Shown here piece after piece: positions 28,399 to 36,887 of a DNA stretch of 37,171 nucleotides. Source of the DNA: Bacteroidota bacterium (GTDB taxonomy: Bacteria; Bacteroidota; Ignavibacteria; T3Sed10-11); the NCBI GenBank assembly GCA_007131635.1, contig SLQE01000162.1:1-37171 (forward strand), in the 5' to 3' direction. Below the pieces are notes generated by a model. That model was not told the origin of the DNA and ran no database searches. It worked only from the letters and a program-made list of their open reading frames with translations. Positions within the stretch are counted from its first letter, which is position 1. Each line of letters opens with the position of its first letter. The translations under genes were made by a program, and so were the position numbers.

Positions 28399-29091
28399 TC
28401 ACGTTTGGATCGAAATCCTGTGCCAGACTTTATTATAGTTAATATATGCCTGCCGGATATCCTGGTCAGTAAAATCCTTCGGGTTATTAAATAAATTTTT
28501 CCAGTTTAAAACCTTAACAGGGTCCTTAATATGTTTATACAGCATCAATTCATTATGAAGATTTGTTGCCGGTATCGGATGGTTTACGCCATCGGATTCG
28601 TCATACAGCCACACACGATTGTCATTGTAACAAAGCGCGAGCACTGCCGTAGGTTGTGCGATGTTAATAGTGACCTCACGCACCGGTTTGCTGCAAAACG
28701 GACAATCCACGCCCGGTTTCCAGTATGAATAAGTCGATTTTTTCACGATAGTGAAATCATCGGAAATATTCTTACCTTCCAGGTTCGTCATTTGAATTTC
28801 GAGTTGCCCGGCAACATATTCATGCACTGATACCGTAATAGTACCATCCTCACTTTCAATCATTCCGCTCGCGAAGATTCTTTCCATCGGACCGGTAGTA
28901 TCAGGTATGTCGTCCGGCTCACCTAAAATGTAGTCTCCTTCTCCCCACCGGCCGTATCCGATTATTTGTAATGTCTGCAACAATGAACGGTACTTTTTAT
29001 ATCCGGCCCGGTCGTCGGGTAGTAACCACTCTATAAGAAGCCATTCTTTACGGGTAAGCGGTCGCGGGAATATATCGTTTTGTTCACCCAT
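28399..29091 (-). CDS. hypothetical cytoplasmic protein embedded in the Kdo/Lpt operon
   Basis: 230-aa ORF with no signal peptide or TM segment, one CPFC motif, and no family I can recognise. It has a 4-nt gap to the kdsD start and an 8-nt gap from the kdsC stop, on the same strand. Confidence 0.6.
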   Translation of the reverse strand: MGEQNDIFPRPLTRKEWLLIEWLLPDDRAGYKKYRSLLQTLQIIGYGRWGEGDYILGEPDDIPDTTGPMERIFASGMIESEDGTITVSVHEYVAGQLEIQMTNLEGKNISDDFTIVKKSTYSYWKPGVDCPFCSKPVREVTINIAQPTAVLALCYNDNRVWLYDESDGVNHPIPATNLHNELMLYKHIKDPVKVLNWKNLFNNPKDFTDQDIRQAYINYNKVWHRISIQT

Positions 29092-29099
29092 ACCTTACA

Positions 29100-29633
29100 C
29101 TAATCAATAAATAACTTTGCCTTGAAAATGAAATCTACCAGTTCCCTGACCGCACCTTTTCCCCCCGATGCCTCTGTCACGAAATCGACTTTACGCTTCA
29201 CTTCGGGGCGTGCGTTCGCGGGAGCCGCGCTAAAACCTACCTTTTCAAGAACCGGTAAATCGAAAATATCGTCTCCCATATACGCAACTTGTTGTTCGTT
29301 TAAATTATATTTCTTCCGGACATCTTCAAAAGCAGTAAGTTTATTAAATGATCCCTGATACAGATCCTTTATGCCGAGTTCCTCGGCACGCATCTGTACT
29401 ATTTTCGAATTCCGTGCGGTAATTATACCGACCTTTAATCCTTTTGCAATTGCCTGAACGATACCATATCCGTCATGGACATCAAACGATTTAATCTCTA
29501 CCGGTTCATCGCTGTTACTTAGTTTCCCGTATGTAATCTCCCCGTCGGTCATAACACCATCGACATCGAGCAGGATCAGCTCAACCAGCCGGGCCTTTTC
29601 TAAACCGGTTTTTCTGGAACGAAATTTATACAT
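29100..29633 (-). CDS. kdsC: 3-deoxy-D-manno-octulosonate 8-phosphate phosphatase (HAD-IIIA)
   Basis: LILLDVDGVMTDG, GIITARNS, YMGDDIFDLP and F.T...GG.GAVRE match the KdsC pattern. Confidence 0.9.
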   Translation of the reverse strand: MYKFRSRKTGLEKARLVELILLDVDGVMTDGEITYGKLSNSDEPVEIKSFDVHDGYGIVQAIAKGLKVGIITARNSKIVQMRAEELGIKDLYQGSFNKLTAFEDVRKKYNLNEQQVAYMGDDIFDLPVLEKVGFSAAPANARPEVKRKVDFVTEASGGKGAVRELVDFIFKAKLFID

Positions 29634-29670
29634 AATTTATAACATTTAATTGGAATCAATGTTCCAAATA

Positions 29671-30489
29671 TTATGATATTGCATCTCTGATTAAAATAGC
29701 CTCCCGCATAACCTCGTACAATTGCCCGAGGGCAAGTTGACTACCGGCATCGCTTCGTGCATTGGACGGATCAGGGTGTGTTTCGATAAAAAGTGCGTCG
29801 CATCCGGCTGCTACGGCTGCCTTCGCTAATGGGGCGATAAATTGGGGGGTCCCGCCGGTGGAATTACCGACGCCTCCGGGTTTTTGCACGGAGTGCGTTG
29901 CATCAAAAATAACCGGATACCCGATCGATTGCATAATCGGTATCGATCGCATATCTACGACAAGATCGTCATATCCAAACGTAGTACCTCGCTCGGTTAA
30001 CACCACACCTGAACTGCCGGCCTTCATTACTTTTTCCGCCTGATATTTCATTTTTTCCGGTGCCATAAACTGGCCTTTTTTAATATTAACGGGTTTGCCC
30101 GTTTGTCCTGCCGCCCTGAGCAACTCCGTTTGTCTGCATAGAAAAGCCGGAATCTGCAATATATCCACATAACCGGAAGCGATTGCGCACTCCTTTTCAG
30201 AATGTACGTCTGTAATCACGGGAAATCCAAATTCATCCCCAACCTCTTTCAGCAATCCGAGTGCTTCCTCCATGTCGATACCCATAAACGAGTCATCGCT
30301 CGTTCTGTTGGCCTTTTTGTAGGATGATTTGAAAATAATCGGTGCGTCAAGTTTTTTTTGTATAACTGATAACTCCCGTCCGACAGTAAAGAGCATCTCC
30401 CTGCTCTCGACGACACAAGGTCCGGCCAGGAAGACAAGCGGATAACCGTCCCCTATGACAATATCTTTGACACGAACAATGTTCTGCAT
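29671..30489 (-). CDS. kdsA: 2-dehydro-3-deoxyphosphooctonate aldolase (Kdo8P synthase)
   Basis: 272-aa ORF with LAGPCVVES, FKSSYKKANR, QIPAFLCRQT, NIKKGQF, FDATHSVQ and ETHPDP. Confidence 0.96.
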   Translation of the reverse strand: MQNIVRVKDIVIGDGYPLVFLAGPCVVESREMLFTVGRELSVIQKKLDAPIIFKSSYKKANRTSDDSFMGIDMEEALGLLKEVGDEFGFPVITDVHSEKECAIASGYVDILQIPAFLCRQTELLRAAGQTGKPVNIKKGQFMAPEKMKYQAEKVMKAGSSGVVLTERGTTFGYDDLVVDMRSIPIMQSIGYPVIFDATHSVQKPGGVGNSTGGTPQFIAPLAKAAVAAGCDALFIETHPDPSNARSDAGSQLALGQLYEVMREAILIRDAIS

Positions 30490-30512
30490 ATAGCGATATT
30501 CCTTACACTATC

Positions 30513-32054
30513 TTATATCTTAACTTTTTCCACGTCTATGCGTTTTCCTTCCGACTCTGAGATGATCACGTTTGCTGCGGCATCGCCGGTTACATTCGTC
30601 AAGGTCCGCATCATATCGAGTAACCGGTCAACACCGAGTATCAACGCCACTCCCTCTTCAGGGACTCCGATTGCACGCAGAACAATGATCAGCATAATTA
30701 TTCCGACACCGGGAACGGGAGCAGTACCGATAGAAGCCAATGTTGCGGTAAGCACTATAGTGAGCTGCTGAGCAATATTTAAATCAAATCCGTATACCTG
30801 CGCAATAAAAACGGCTGCTACTCCCTGATAGAGAGCAGTGCCGTCCATATTGATCGTAGCTCCAAGCGGTAAGATAAAGCTGGTTGTCTCTTTCGAGCAA
30901 CCCATTTTATCCTCTGCGGTACGCATGTTCACCGGAAGAGTTGCGGCACTTGAACTTGTACTGAAAGCAATAAGCTGGACCGGTCGTATCTCTTTAAAAA
31001 AGTGTATAATATGCATGGACGACAGACTTTTAAGGAGGATACCGTACGTGATAAACATATGTATCAATAGTCCCAGAATAACGGCCATAACATACCATAA
31101 GAGCGTGCCGAGAATATCGAAACCGAATTCACCCACGGTTGCCGCTATAAGTGCGAACACTCCGTAGGGGGCTATTTTCATAACGAACTCGACAAGCTTG
31201 ATCATGGCATCCATGATGCCTTCGAAAACTTTTATCACCGGTTCGGCTCTCTCTCTCGGAATTGTCGTGAGGATCAACCCGAACAGGATTCCAAAAAATA
31301 CTATTTGCAACATCTCCCCTTCTGCCATCGCATTGAGGGGATTCGTCGGGATCATATTTACAATCTGATCGACGATGTTTACTTCGAGTTCTTCATCTAT
31401 ACGGGCATCAATATCATCCTGAAATTCCGCAATGAACCGTTCCCGCGGTTCTTCCGGCATTCGTATACCCGGCTGAATAAGATTTGCAGCGACAAGTCCG
31501 ATGGTAATTGCTATTGATGTGGTGATGACGTAATACCCGATCGTTTTTGCTCCGATCGATGCAACCTTGCTTAAATCACTTAAACTGGTGGCTCCGACGA
31601 TGAGGGATGAGATAACGAGCGGGATTGCAATTAAGGTCAGCAATCGTATAAAAATTGTACCGATGGGACGTATCGCAGTTGCGATCGTCCCTACGCTTTC
31701 GACAGACCGGATGTTCTCGTAAACCTGCATTGTCCGTTCGCCCGTTTGCCGGTCAATTTTTGTGACTTCGATCTTTGCCGCTCTGCGTTCGCTCGGGCGA
31801 AGCCGGTCGATGTTCCTGATCAAGGCATCCTGTTCCGAAGCACCGAACACCCAGGTCCGATTCTTTGCGTATACAGTGATATTTTCCCATTTTCTAACAT
31901 CTTTTGTCGTGACTTCGCGTTCAGGGCCATATTCGATCCGCACCCTGTCTCTATCGACATTAAACATTGCCCCGAAAACCGCACCGAGAACCAATGCGAG
32001 GAGAATCTTCGTATAGAGCTGCATGGATAGAAATTTTTTAACGATCGGAATCAT
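30513..32054 (-). CDS. dicarboxylate/amino acid:cation symporter (DAACS/GltP family) with an enlarged TM1-TM2 loop
   Basis: 513-aa ORF with DAACS hallmarks: FSTSSSAATLP (HP1), NMDGTALYQGVAAVFIAQ and DRLLDMMRTLTNVTGD. The start might be ATG 32024 (MQLYTKILL). Confidence 0.9.
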   Translation of the reverse strand: MIPIVKKFLSMQLYTKILLALVLGAVFGAMFNVDRDRVRIEYGPEREVTTKDVRKWENITVYAKNRTWVFGASEQDALIRNIDRLRPSERRAAKIEVTKIDRQTGERTMQVYENIRSVESVGTIATAIRPIGTIFIRLLTLIAIPLVISSLIVGATSLSDLSKVASIGAKTIGYYVITTSIAITIGLVAANLIQPGIRMPEEPRERFIAEFQDDIDARIDEELEVNIVDQIVNMIPTNPLNAMAEGEMLQIVFFGILFGLILTTIPRERAEPVIKVFEGIMDAMIKLVEFVMKIAPYGVFALIAATVGEFGFDILGTLLWYVMAVILGLLIHMFITYGILLKSLSSMHIIHFFKEIRPVQLIAFSTSSSAATLPVNMRTAEDKMGCSKETTSFILPLGATINMDGTALYQGVAAVFIAQVYGFDLNIAQQLTIVLTATLASIGTAPVPGVGIIMLIIVLRAIGVPEEGVALILGVDRLLDMMRTLTNVTGDAAANVIISESEGKRIDVEKVKI

Positions 32055-32100
32055 GTAAACCGGTTCATTCGTATTCGATTAAGAAAATTATAAACAAATT

Positions 32101-32129
32101 ATAATAACAATTTTTAATGAGGAAATCAA
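32101..32129 (-). promoter_or_regulatory. candidate sigma-70 promoter for the transporter-kds-lpt gene string
   Basis: The minus strand reads TTGATT (32129-32124), a 17-nt spacer, then TATTAT (32106-32101, extended as TATTATAAT). It lies downstream of the slyD terminator and about 45 nt upstream of the transporter start. Confidence 0.3.
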
Positions 32130-32160
32130 AAATAATCAATGAGATATGAACTCAAATGGC

Positions 32161-32196
32161 AACGAAAAGGGGTAGTCATTGCGGATCGACTACCCC
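32161..32196 (-). terminator. intrinsic terminator after the FKBP (slyD-like) gene
   Basis: A 9-bp GC-rich stem GGGGTAGTC/GACTACCCC (32169-32177 / 32188-32196) with a 10-nt loop. On the minus strand it is followed by TTTTCGTT. Confidence 0.7.
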
Positions 32197-32238
32197 GGAG
32201 TGATAAGGAAATATACGTTTACATTCGATTTTTTTTCA

Positions 32239-32670
32239 TCAACGAGTAATTTCGACAACATCAACTTCGAAGGTGATATCCTTACCCGCAAGCGGATGAT
32301 TTGTATCGAGGGTTACGGTTGATTCACTAATGTCAACGACCTGAGCCGGAATAGGTTCTTTTTGTTGTCCTTCAAGAGCAAGTTGCATACCAATCTCAAG
32401 TTTTATATCGGATGGTATCTGCTCCTTCTGTATAACGTGGACGAGCTCATCTTTTCTTTCGCCAAATGCCTGATCGGGGGTGAGATCGAATGATTTTTTA
32501 TCTCCGGTCTGCATACCGAGGAGAGCTTGTTCAAATCCCGGTATAATTTTACCTTCACCTATTGTCAGATCGAGCGGTTCGCGGCCCTGGGATGAGTCAA
32601 ACACTTCTCCGGACTGCAATTTACCTGTATAGTGTACCTGAACCCGGTCTCCCTCTCGGATTCCTTCCAT
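32239..32670 (-). CDS. slyD: FKBP-type peptidyl-prolyl cis-trans isomerase, SlyD-like (with IF chaperone insert, no His-rich tail)
   Basis: GDRVQVHYTGKLQSGEVFDSS...PLDLTIGEGKIIPGFEQALLGM...FGER...HPLAGKDITFEV. AAGGAGGT lies 7 nt before ATG 32670. The track ORF starts two codons earlier at a TTG. Confidence 0.87.
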   Translation of the reverse strand: MEGIREGDRVQVHYTGKLQSGEVFDSSQGREPLDLTIGEGKIIPGFEQALLGMQTGDKKSFDLTPDQAFGERKDELVHVIQKEQIPSDIKLEIGMQLALEGQQKEPIPAQVVDISESTVTLDTNHPLAGKDITFEVDVVEITR

Positions 32671-32708
32671 ACACAAACCTCCTTTTGATTATTTAGATTT
32701 TCTATGAA

Positions 32709-32761
32709 TAAAAAACCCGCGTTTCACTTGCATCGAAAAAAGAATACAAGTTATCTGCGGG
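32709..32761 (-). terminator. probable intrinsic terminator after purE
   Basis: A bipartite hairpin CCCGC...ACTTG / CAAGT...GCGGG (outer arms 32716-32720 / 32757-32761). On the minus strand it is followed by TTTTTT (plus-strand A run 32710-32715). The stem is interrupted, so confidence is moderate. Confidence 0.5.
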
Positions 32762-32801
32762 ATATGGTATATACTATAAGCTAAAAAAAAAACAACAAAT
32801 G

Positions 32802-33284
32802 TCAAATTTTTGCACTCAGCACTTTTTCTCTCTGCTCTCGTCTGAAGTTGCGAACCTTCTCTCTTATTTCAGGATATTTAATGCCGAGAATTGCAGCCGC
32901 GTATAATGCCGCATTTACCGCACCGGGTTTGCCGATTGCAAGTGTTGCCACGGGTATTCCGCCGGGCATTTGAACCATCGAGAGAAGCGAGTCCAGTCCC
33001 TGTAAGGCATCGCTTTTCATCGGGACGCCGAGAACCGGTACAACGGTTTTTGCTGCCAGGACACCTGCAAGATGTGCAGCACCGCCTGCCGCCGCGATGA
33101 CCACCTCGATTCCGTTTCCTTCCGCGTTTTCGGCATAAGCCAGAGCTTCATCGGGAGTTCTGTGCGCGGATAATACTTTTACCTCGTGCGGAATCTCAAA
33201 TTTTTTCAGAGTATCGACTGTATTTTTCATCGTATCCCAGTCAGAAGTGCTGCCCATAACAACGGCGACAAGTGGTTTATCCAT
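32802..33284 (-). CDS. purE: N5-carboxyaminoimidazole ribonucleotide mutase
   Basis: VAVVMGSTSDWDTM...SAHRTP...AAGGAAHLAGVLAAKT..PVLGVP. I place the start at ATG 33284, which has a GAGAGGT SD. The track ORF begins at an upstream TTG (33305). Confidence 0.93.
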   Translation of the reverse strand: MDKPLVAVVMGSTSDWDTMKNTVDTLKKFEIPHEVKVLSAHRTPDEALAYAENAEGNGIEVVIAAAGGAAHLAGVLAAKTVVPVLGVPMKSDALQGLDSLLSMVQMPGGIPVATLAIGKPGAVNAALYAAAILGIKYPEIREKVRNFRREQREKVLSAKI

Positions 33285-33423
33285 ATAGTTATTACCTCTC
33301 CACAATGAAATATGATACCAAAATCATATTGATAATAGTGATGTTTTATTTATAGAAATATCTCTCTGTACCTGCACACCCCGGGGAGCGAAATCACTTT
33401 CAAAGTAATGCCGGTATGCGTAT

Positions 33424-34635
33424 CTATCCCGTTTTCTCCTGCTTTGTAAATTGCTCCCACCGTTCTTTCAGATCTTCTGCCTGTATTGTCTCCATGACAT
33501 AGTCGACATATTCGCGGCCGGTAGCACCGTCGGATCGTCCCGTTAACCTGTACTTCCGTTCATATGTTCCGCATATATCGAGTGCCATATCGAGGCGTTC
33601 ACCTTTTTCGACCTGACCGATATGTTTCAGAAGCATTGACGAGGCCCGGAGCATACTACTCGGATCTGCATATTGTGCTCTTCCTTCATCTACCATTCGC
33701 GGAGCACTGCCATGGATTGCTTCAAACATCGCGTACTGTTTACCCACGTTTGCACTACCCGCCGTACCGACGCCTCCCTGAAATTCCGCCGCCTCGTCAG
33801 TAAGAATATCTCCGTATAGATTCGGTAAAACGAATACCTCAAACTGGGTACGGCGTTTGGTATCAATAAGCTTTGCTGTCATAATATCTATATACCAATC
33901 GTCGGCTTCGATGCCGGGGTACTCTTTTGCTATGTTATAAAACACATTTAAAAATTTTCCGTCGGTCGTTTTCACGACGTTTGCTTTCGTGACGGCGGTT
34001 ACGCGTTTTTTGCCGTTTGCCTTTGCATAATCAAACGCTGCACGGATAATTCTGTCACTTCCCGGTGTAGTAATTACTTTAAAATCAAATGCCAGATCAT
34101 CGGTAACATCGAGCCCCTGACTGCCGAGGGCATATAAATCCTCAGTATTTTCCCTGAAAAACACCCAATCGATTCCTTCGGATAATACACGAACCGGCCG
34201 TACATTGGCGAACAGATCGAGTTCTTTTCTCATTGCAACATTGGCACTCTCGATATTAGGCCAGGGATCACCTTTTTTCGGAGTCGTCGTCGGCCCTTTT
34301 AAACAAATATGACATTTTTTTATTTCGTCGAGAACATCATCCGGAATTGCTTTTTTAACTTCGGCTCTTTTTTCAATGGTGAGGCCCTCGATAGTTCTCA
34401 ATTCAGCCTTGCCGCTTGCAATTTCATCTTTCAGGAGAAATTCCAGAGCACGCTTTGCCTCATCGGCTATATAAGGACCGATGCCGTCTCCGCCGATAAC
34501 CCCTATAATGATCGGTTCCAGTGTTGAATAATCAGTCCATTCTGCACTTTTTTTAATCCTTTCGACACGCTGTAACTGGCTTTCTATGACAGTTTTAAAA
34601 TGATCAAGCGATTTTTGAATGACTGTATTCTGCAT
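33424..34635 (-). CDS. icd: isocitrate dehydrogenase (isocitrate/isopropylmalate dehydrogenase family)
   Basis: 403-aa ORF with GGDGIGP, LKGPTTTP, SANVAMRKELDLFANVRPV, FRENTEDLY, NLYGDILTDEAA and HGSAP. Cofactor specificity cannot be judged by eye. Confidence 0.88.
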   Translation of the reverse strand: MQNTVIQKSLDHFKTVIESQLQRVERIKKSAEWTDYSTLEPIIIGVIGGDGIGPYIADEAKRALEFLLKDEIASGKAELRTIEGLTIEKRAEVKKAIPDDVLDEIKKCHICLKGPTTTPKKGDPWPNIESANVAMRKELDLFANVRPVRVLSEGIDWVFFRENTEDLYALGSQGLDVTDDLAFDFKVITTPGSDRIIRAAFDYAKANGKKRVTAVTKANVVKTTDGKFLNVFYNIAKEYPGIEADDWYIDIMTAKLIDTKRRTQFEVFVLPNLYGDILTDEAAEFQGGVGTAGSANVGKQYAMFEAIHGSAPRMVDEGRAQYADPSSMLRASSMLLKHIGQVEKGERLDMALDICGTYERKYRLTGRSDGATGREYVDYVMETIQAEDLKERWEQFTKQEKTG

Positions 34636-34772
34636 ATTTATTCTCCCATCTTGAATTTGTAAAAAAAATCCGGTATATATATTGATTCAAATTTTAATGA
34701 GTAGCGGCAATACAATATATTAAACCACAATCAGTTAATCAAATAATAGGAATCATTCTAACAGGAATATTT

Positions 34773-35234
34773 ATGAATAAACTTACAACATTTTTCGTGA
34801 TACTCTTTCTCTTCATAGGATGCTCACAGAAAGATGAAAGTCCGGTACCATCCGAAATCCTCGATCTCAAACTAACGGAATTAATCGCAGGAGATCCGGC
34901 CGGCGAAATCATCAACCATTTGCATCAGGAAAGTGTAACAAAGGGAGACAATTATGTCGGAAGATATGCAAATGATGAGTATACAGCTACGTATTATCTC
35001 TCGGTATATGAAAACGAAGCCGAGGCACTTTCTGAATTACAGGCAATGGTTGCAAGCATGGAGATGGGTGGTCATATATTTGATCATATCAGACCGATAA
35101 CCGTGAACGAGCGTGCCGTGTGGATGGCATTGGGAATGGGACAGGCTCATTACTTCTATGCAGTAGAGAACCGGCTTGTCTGGCTCGCGGTCGATGTACC
35201 TATTGCCGAGGATGCAATCAAGTCGATTTTGTAA
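34773..35234 (+). CDS. hypothetical lipoprotein
   Basis: 153-aa ORF with a signal peptide and lipobox (MNKLTTFFVILFLFIGC|SQ). I recognise no family. Confidence 0.6.
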   Translation: MNKLTTFFVILFLFIGCSQKDESPVPSEILDLKLTELIAGDPAGEIINHLHQESVTKGDNYVGRYANDEYTATYYLSVYENEAEALSELQAMVASMEMGGHIFDHIRPITVNERAVWMALGMGQAHYFYAVENRLVWLAVDVPIAEDAIKSIL

Positions 35235-35353
35235 AGTTATTAAATAATAAGGGGTGAGGGTGATAAACTGAACAGGATTAATTCTTTTTCTGTGACACTT
35301 GTTTCTCTTGATGAAAATTTTTCAACTTCAATGTAAACGCTCTCTCCCCACCG

Positions 35354-35380
35354 CCCGTGACCCGCACTGCGGGTCACGGG
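35354..35380. other. perfect 12-bp GC-rich hairpin between convergent genes (possible U-tract-less terminator or RNA-stability element)
   Basis: CCCGTGACCCGC-ACT-GCGGGTCACGGG. There is no T-run on either strand. It lies 55 nt past the glnA stop and 120 nt past the lipoprotein stop. Confidence 0.5.
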
Positions 35381-35434
35381 TAAGGGTTTGATACCTAATC
35401 GAAAGATTTTACCTGCTGTTCTCCCCGACTGTCA

Positions 35435-36865
35435 CTACACGTCATAATACAGTGCAAATTCATACGGGTGCGGTCGGAGCGACATTTCCTTTGCTTCACG
35501 CACGTATTTGTATTCAATCCAGGCGTTTATGACGCTCTCCGTAAATACATCCCCTTTCAACAGGAAACTATGATCCCGTTCGAGTATCGCCAGCGCATCT
35601 TCAAGTGACGGCGGAGTTGACGGAACATTCTTCATTTCCTCGGGCGGTAAATCATAGAGGTCCTTATCCAGGGGGTCACCCGGGTCGATTCTGTTTATAA
35701 CTCCATCGATGCCGGCCATTAAGATAGCGGAGAAGGCAAGATACGGATTACATGACGGATCGGGTGTCCTGTATTCTACCCGTTTCGCTTTTGGACTGGA
35801 TGAATACAGGGGTATCCGTATTGCCGCACTGCGGTTACGCTGAGAATATGCGAGGTTGACCGGGGCTTCGTAACCCGGCACAAGTCGCTTATAAGAATTC
35901 GTGGTCGGATTTGTTATTGCACACAACGCCGGTGCATGTTTCAAAAGACCCCCGATAAAATAAAGAGCAGTGTCGCTTAAATTCGCATATTTATTACCGT
36001 AGAACAACGGATTGCCGTCTTTCCACAGACTTATATGCGTATGCATTCCCGATCCGTTATCGCCGAATAAAGGTTTCGGCATAAAGGTTACGGTTTTCCC
36101 GTAATGCCGCGCAGTGTTTTTAACAATATATTTAAATAAAAGCATATCATCCGACATTTTCGTCAATGAATTAAACCGGAGATCTATTTCGGATTGACCG
36201 CCCGTTGCAACCTCATGGTGCTGGGTCTCAACTTCGACACCTGCATTCATTAAGTGACGAACCATCATATTACGAATATCATTCATGGAATCCGTCGGCG
36301 GTACCGGGAAATATCCTTCCTTGTATCTGGGTTTATATCCGAGATTCGGTCCTTCGTTGGTTCCGCTGTTCCATCTTCCTTCCTTCGAATCGATATAGTA
36401 ATAACTCTCGTGACCGTTTGTATCAAATCGCACATCATCCAGGATGAAAAATTCCGCCTCCGCGCCAAAGTACGAAACATCCGCAATTCCCGTCGATGCC
36501 AGATACGCCTCGGCTTTCTGAGCAATATTTCGCGGACACCGCTCATATTTTTCCTTTGTCACCGGTTCGTAGACGTCGCATATCAAACTCAATGTTTTCA
36601 GTTCGACAAAAGGATCGATAAAAGAAGTTTTCGGATCGGGCATGATCACCATATCGCTTTCGTTAATTCTTTTAAATCCCCTCAGACTCGACCCGTCAAA
36701 ACCGAACCCTTCCTCGAACGAATCTTCCTTTAACTGTGATGCCGGTATACTAAAATGTTGCCATTGCCCCGGAAAATCCATGAACTTAAAATCGATCATC
36801 TCAATTCCTTCGTCCTTTACGCGTTTCAGTACTTCAGCTATGGCAGTATTGCGTGAATCCTTCAT
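35435..36865 (-). CDS. glnA: glutamine synthetase, type I
   Basis: 476-aa ORF with [28 protein letters not shown], an adenylylation-type loop [11 protein letters not shown] and the C-terminus [18 protein letters not shown] upstream. Confidence 0.97.
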   Translation of the reverse strand: MKDSRNTAIAEVLKRVKDEGIEMIDFKFMDFPGQWQHFSIPASQLKEDSFEEGFGFDGSSLRGFKRINESDMVIMPDPKTSFIDPFVELKTLSLICDVYEPVTKEKYERCPRNIAQKAEAYLASTGIADVSYFGAEAEFFILDDVRFDTNGHESYYYIDSKEGRWNSGTNEGPNLGYKPRYKEGYFPVPPTDSMNDIRNMMVRHLMNAGVEVETQHHEVATGGQSEIDLRFNSLTKMSDDMLLFKYIVKNTARHYGKTVTFMPKPLFGDNGSGMHTHISLWKDGNPLFYGNKYANLSDTALYFIGGLLKHAPALCAITNPTTNSYKRLVPGYEAPVNLAYSQRNRSAAIRIPLYSSSPKAKRVEYRTPDPSCNPYLAFSAILMAGIDGVINRIDPGDPLDKDLYDLPPEEMKNVPSTPPSLEDALAILERDHSFLLKGDVFTESVINAWIEYKYVREAKEMSLRPHPYEFALYYDV

Positions 36866-36887
36866 AATGTATCTCCCTTTTTTATGA

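Noticed and set aside
33309-33330. 8-bp AT-rich inverted repeat AATATGAT-ACCAAA-ATCATATT just upstream of purE
   Set aside because: It does not match the E. coli PurR box or the Bacillus PurBox as I remember them. An AT-only palindrome in an AT-rich spacer could arise by chance. Revisit only if it is conserved upstream of other pur genes.
33385-33400. CCCCGGGG palindrome downstream of icd as a potential terminator
   Set aside because: It has no loop and no T-run. A 4-bp self-complement is not a credible terminator, so icd and purE may be co-transcribed.
35312-35324. Palindrome TGAAAA-T-TTTTCA in the glnA/lipoprotein convergent spacer
   Set aside because: It is short and AT-rich, and it lies 3' of both flanking genes, where an operator makes little sense.
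36205-36733. 159-aa and 80-aa plus-strand ORFs antisense to glnA
   Set aside because: These are shadow ORFs within glnA, with no independent signals.
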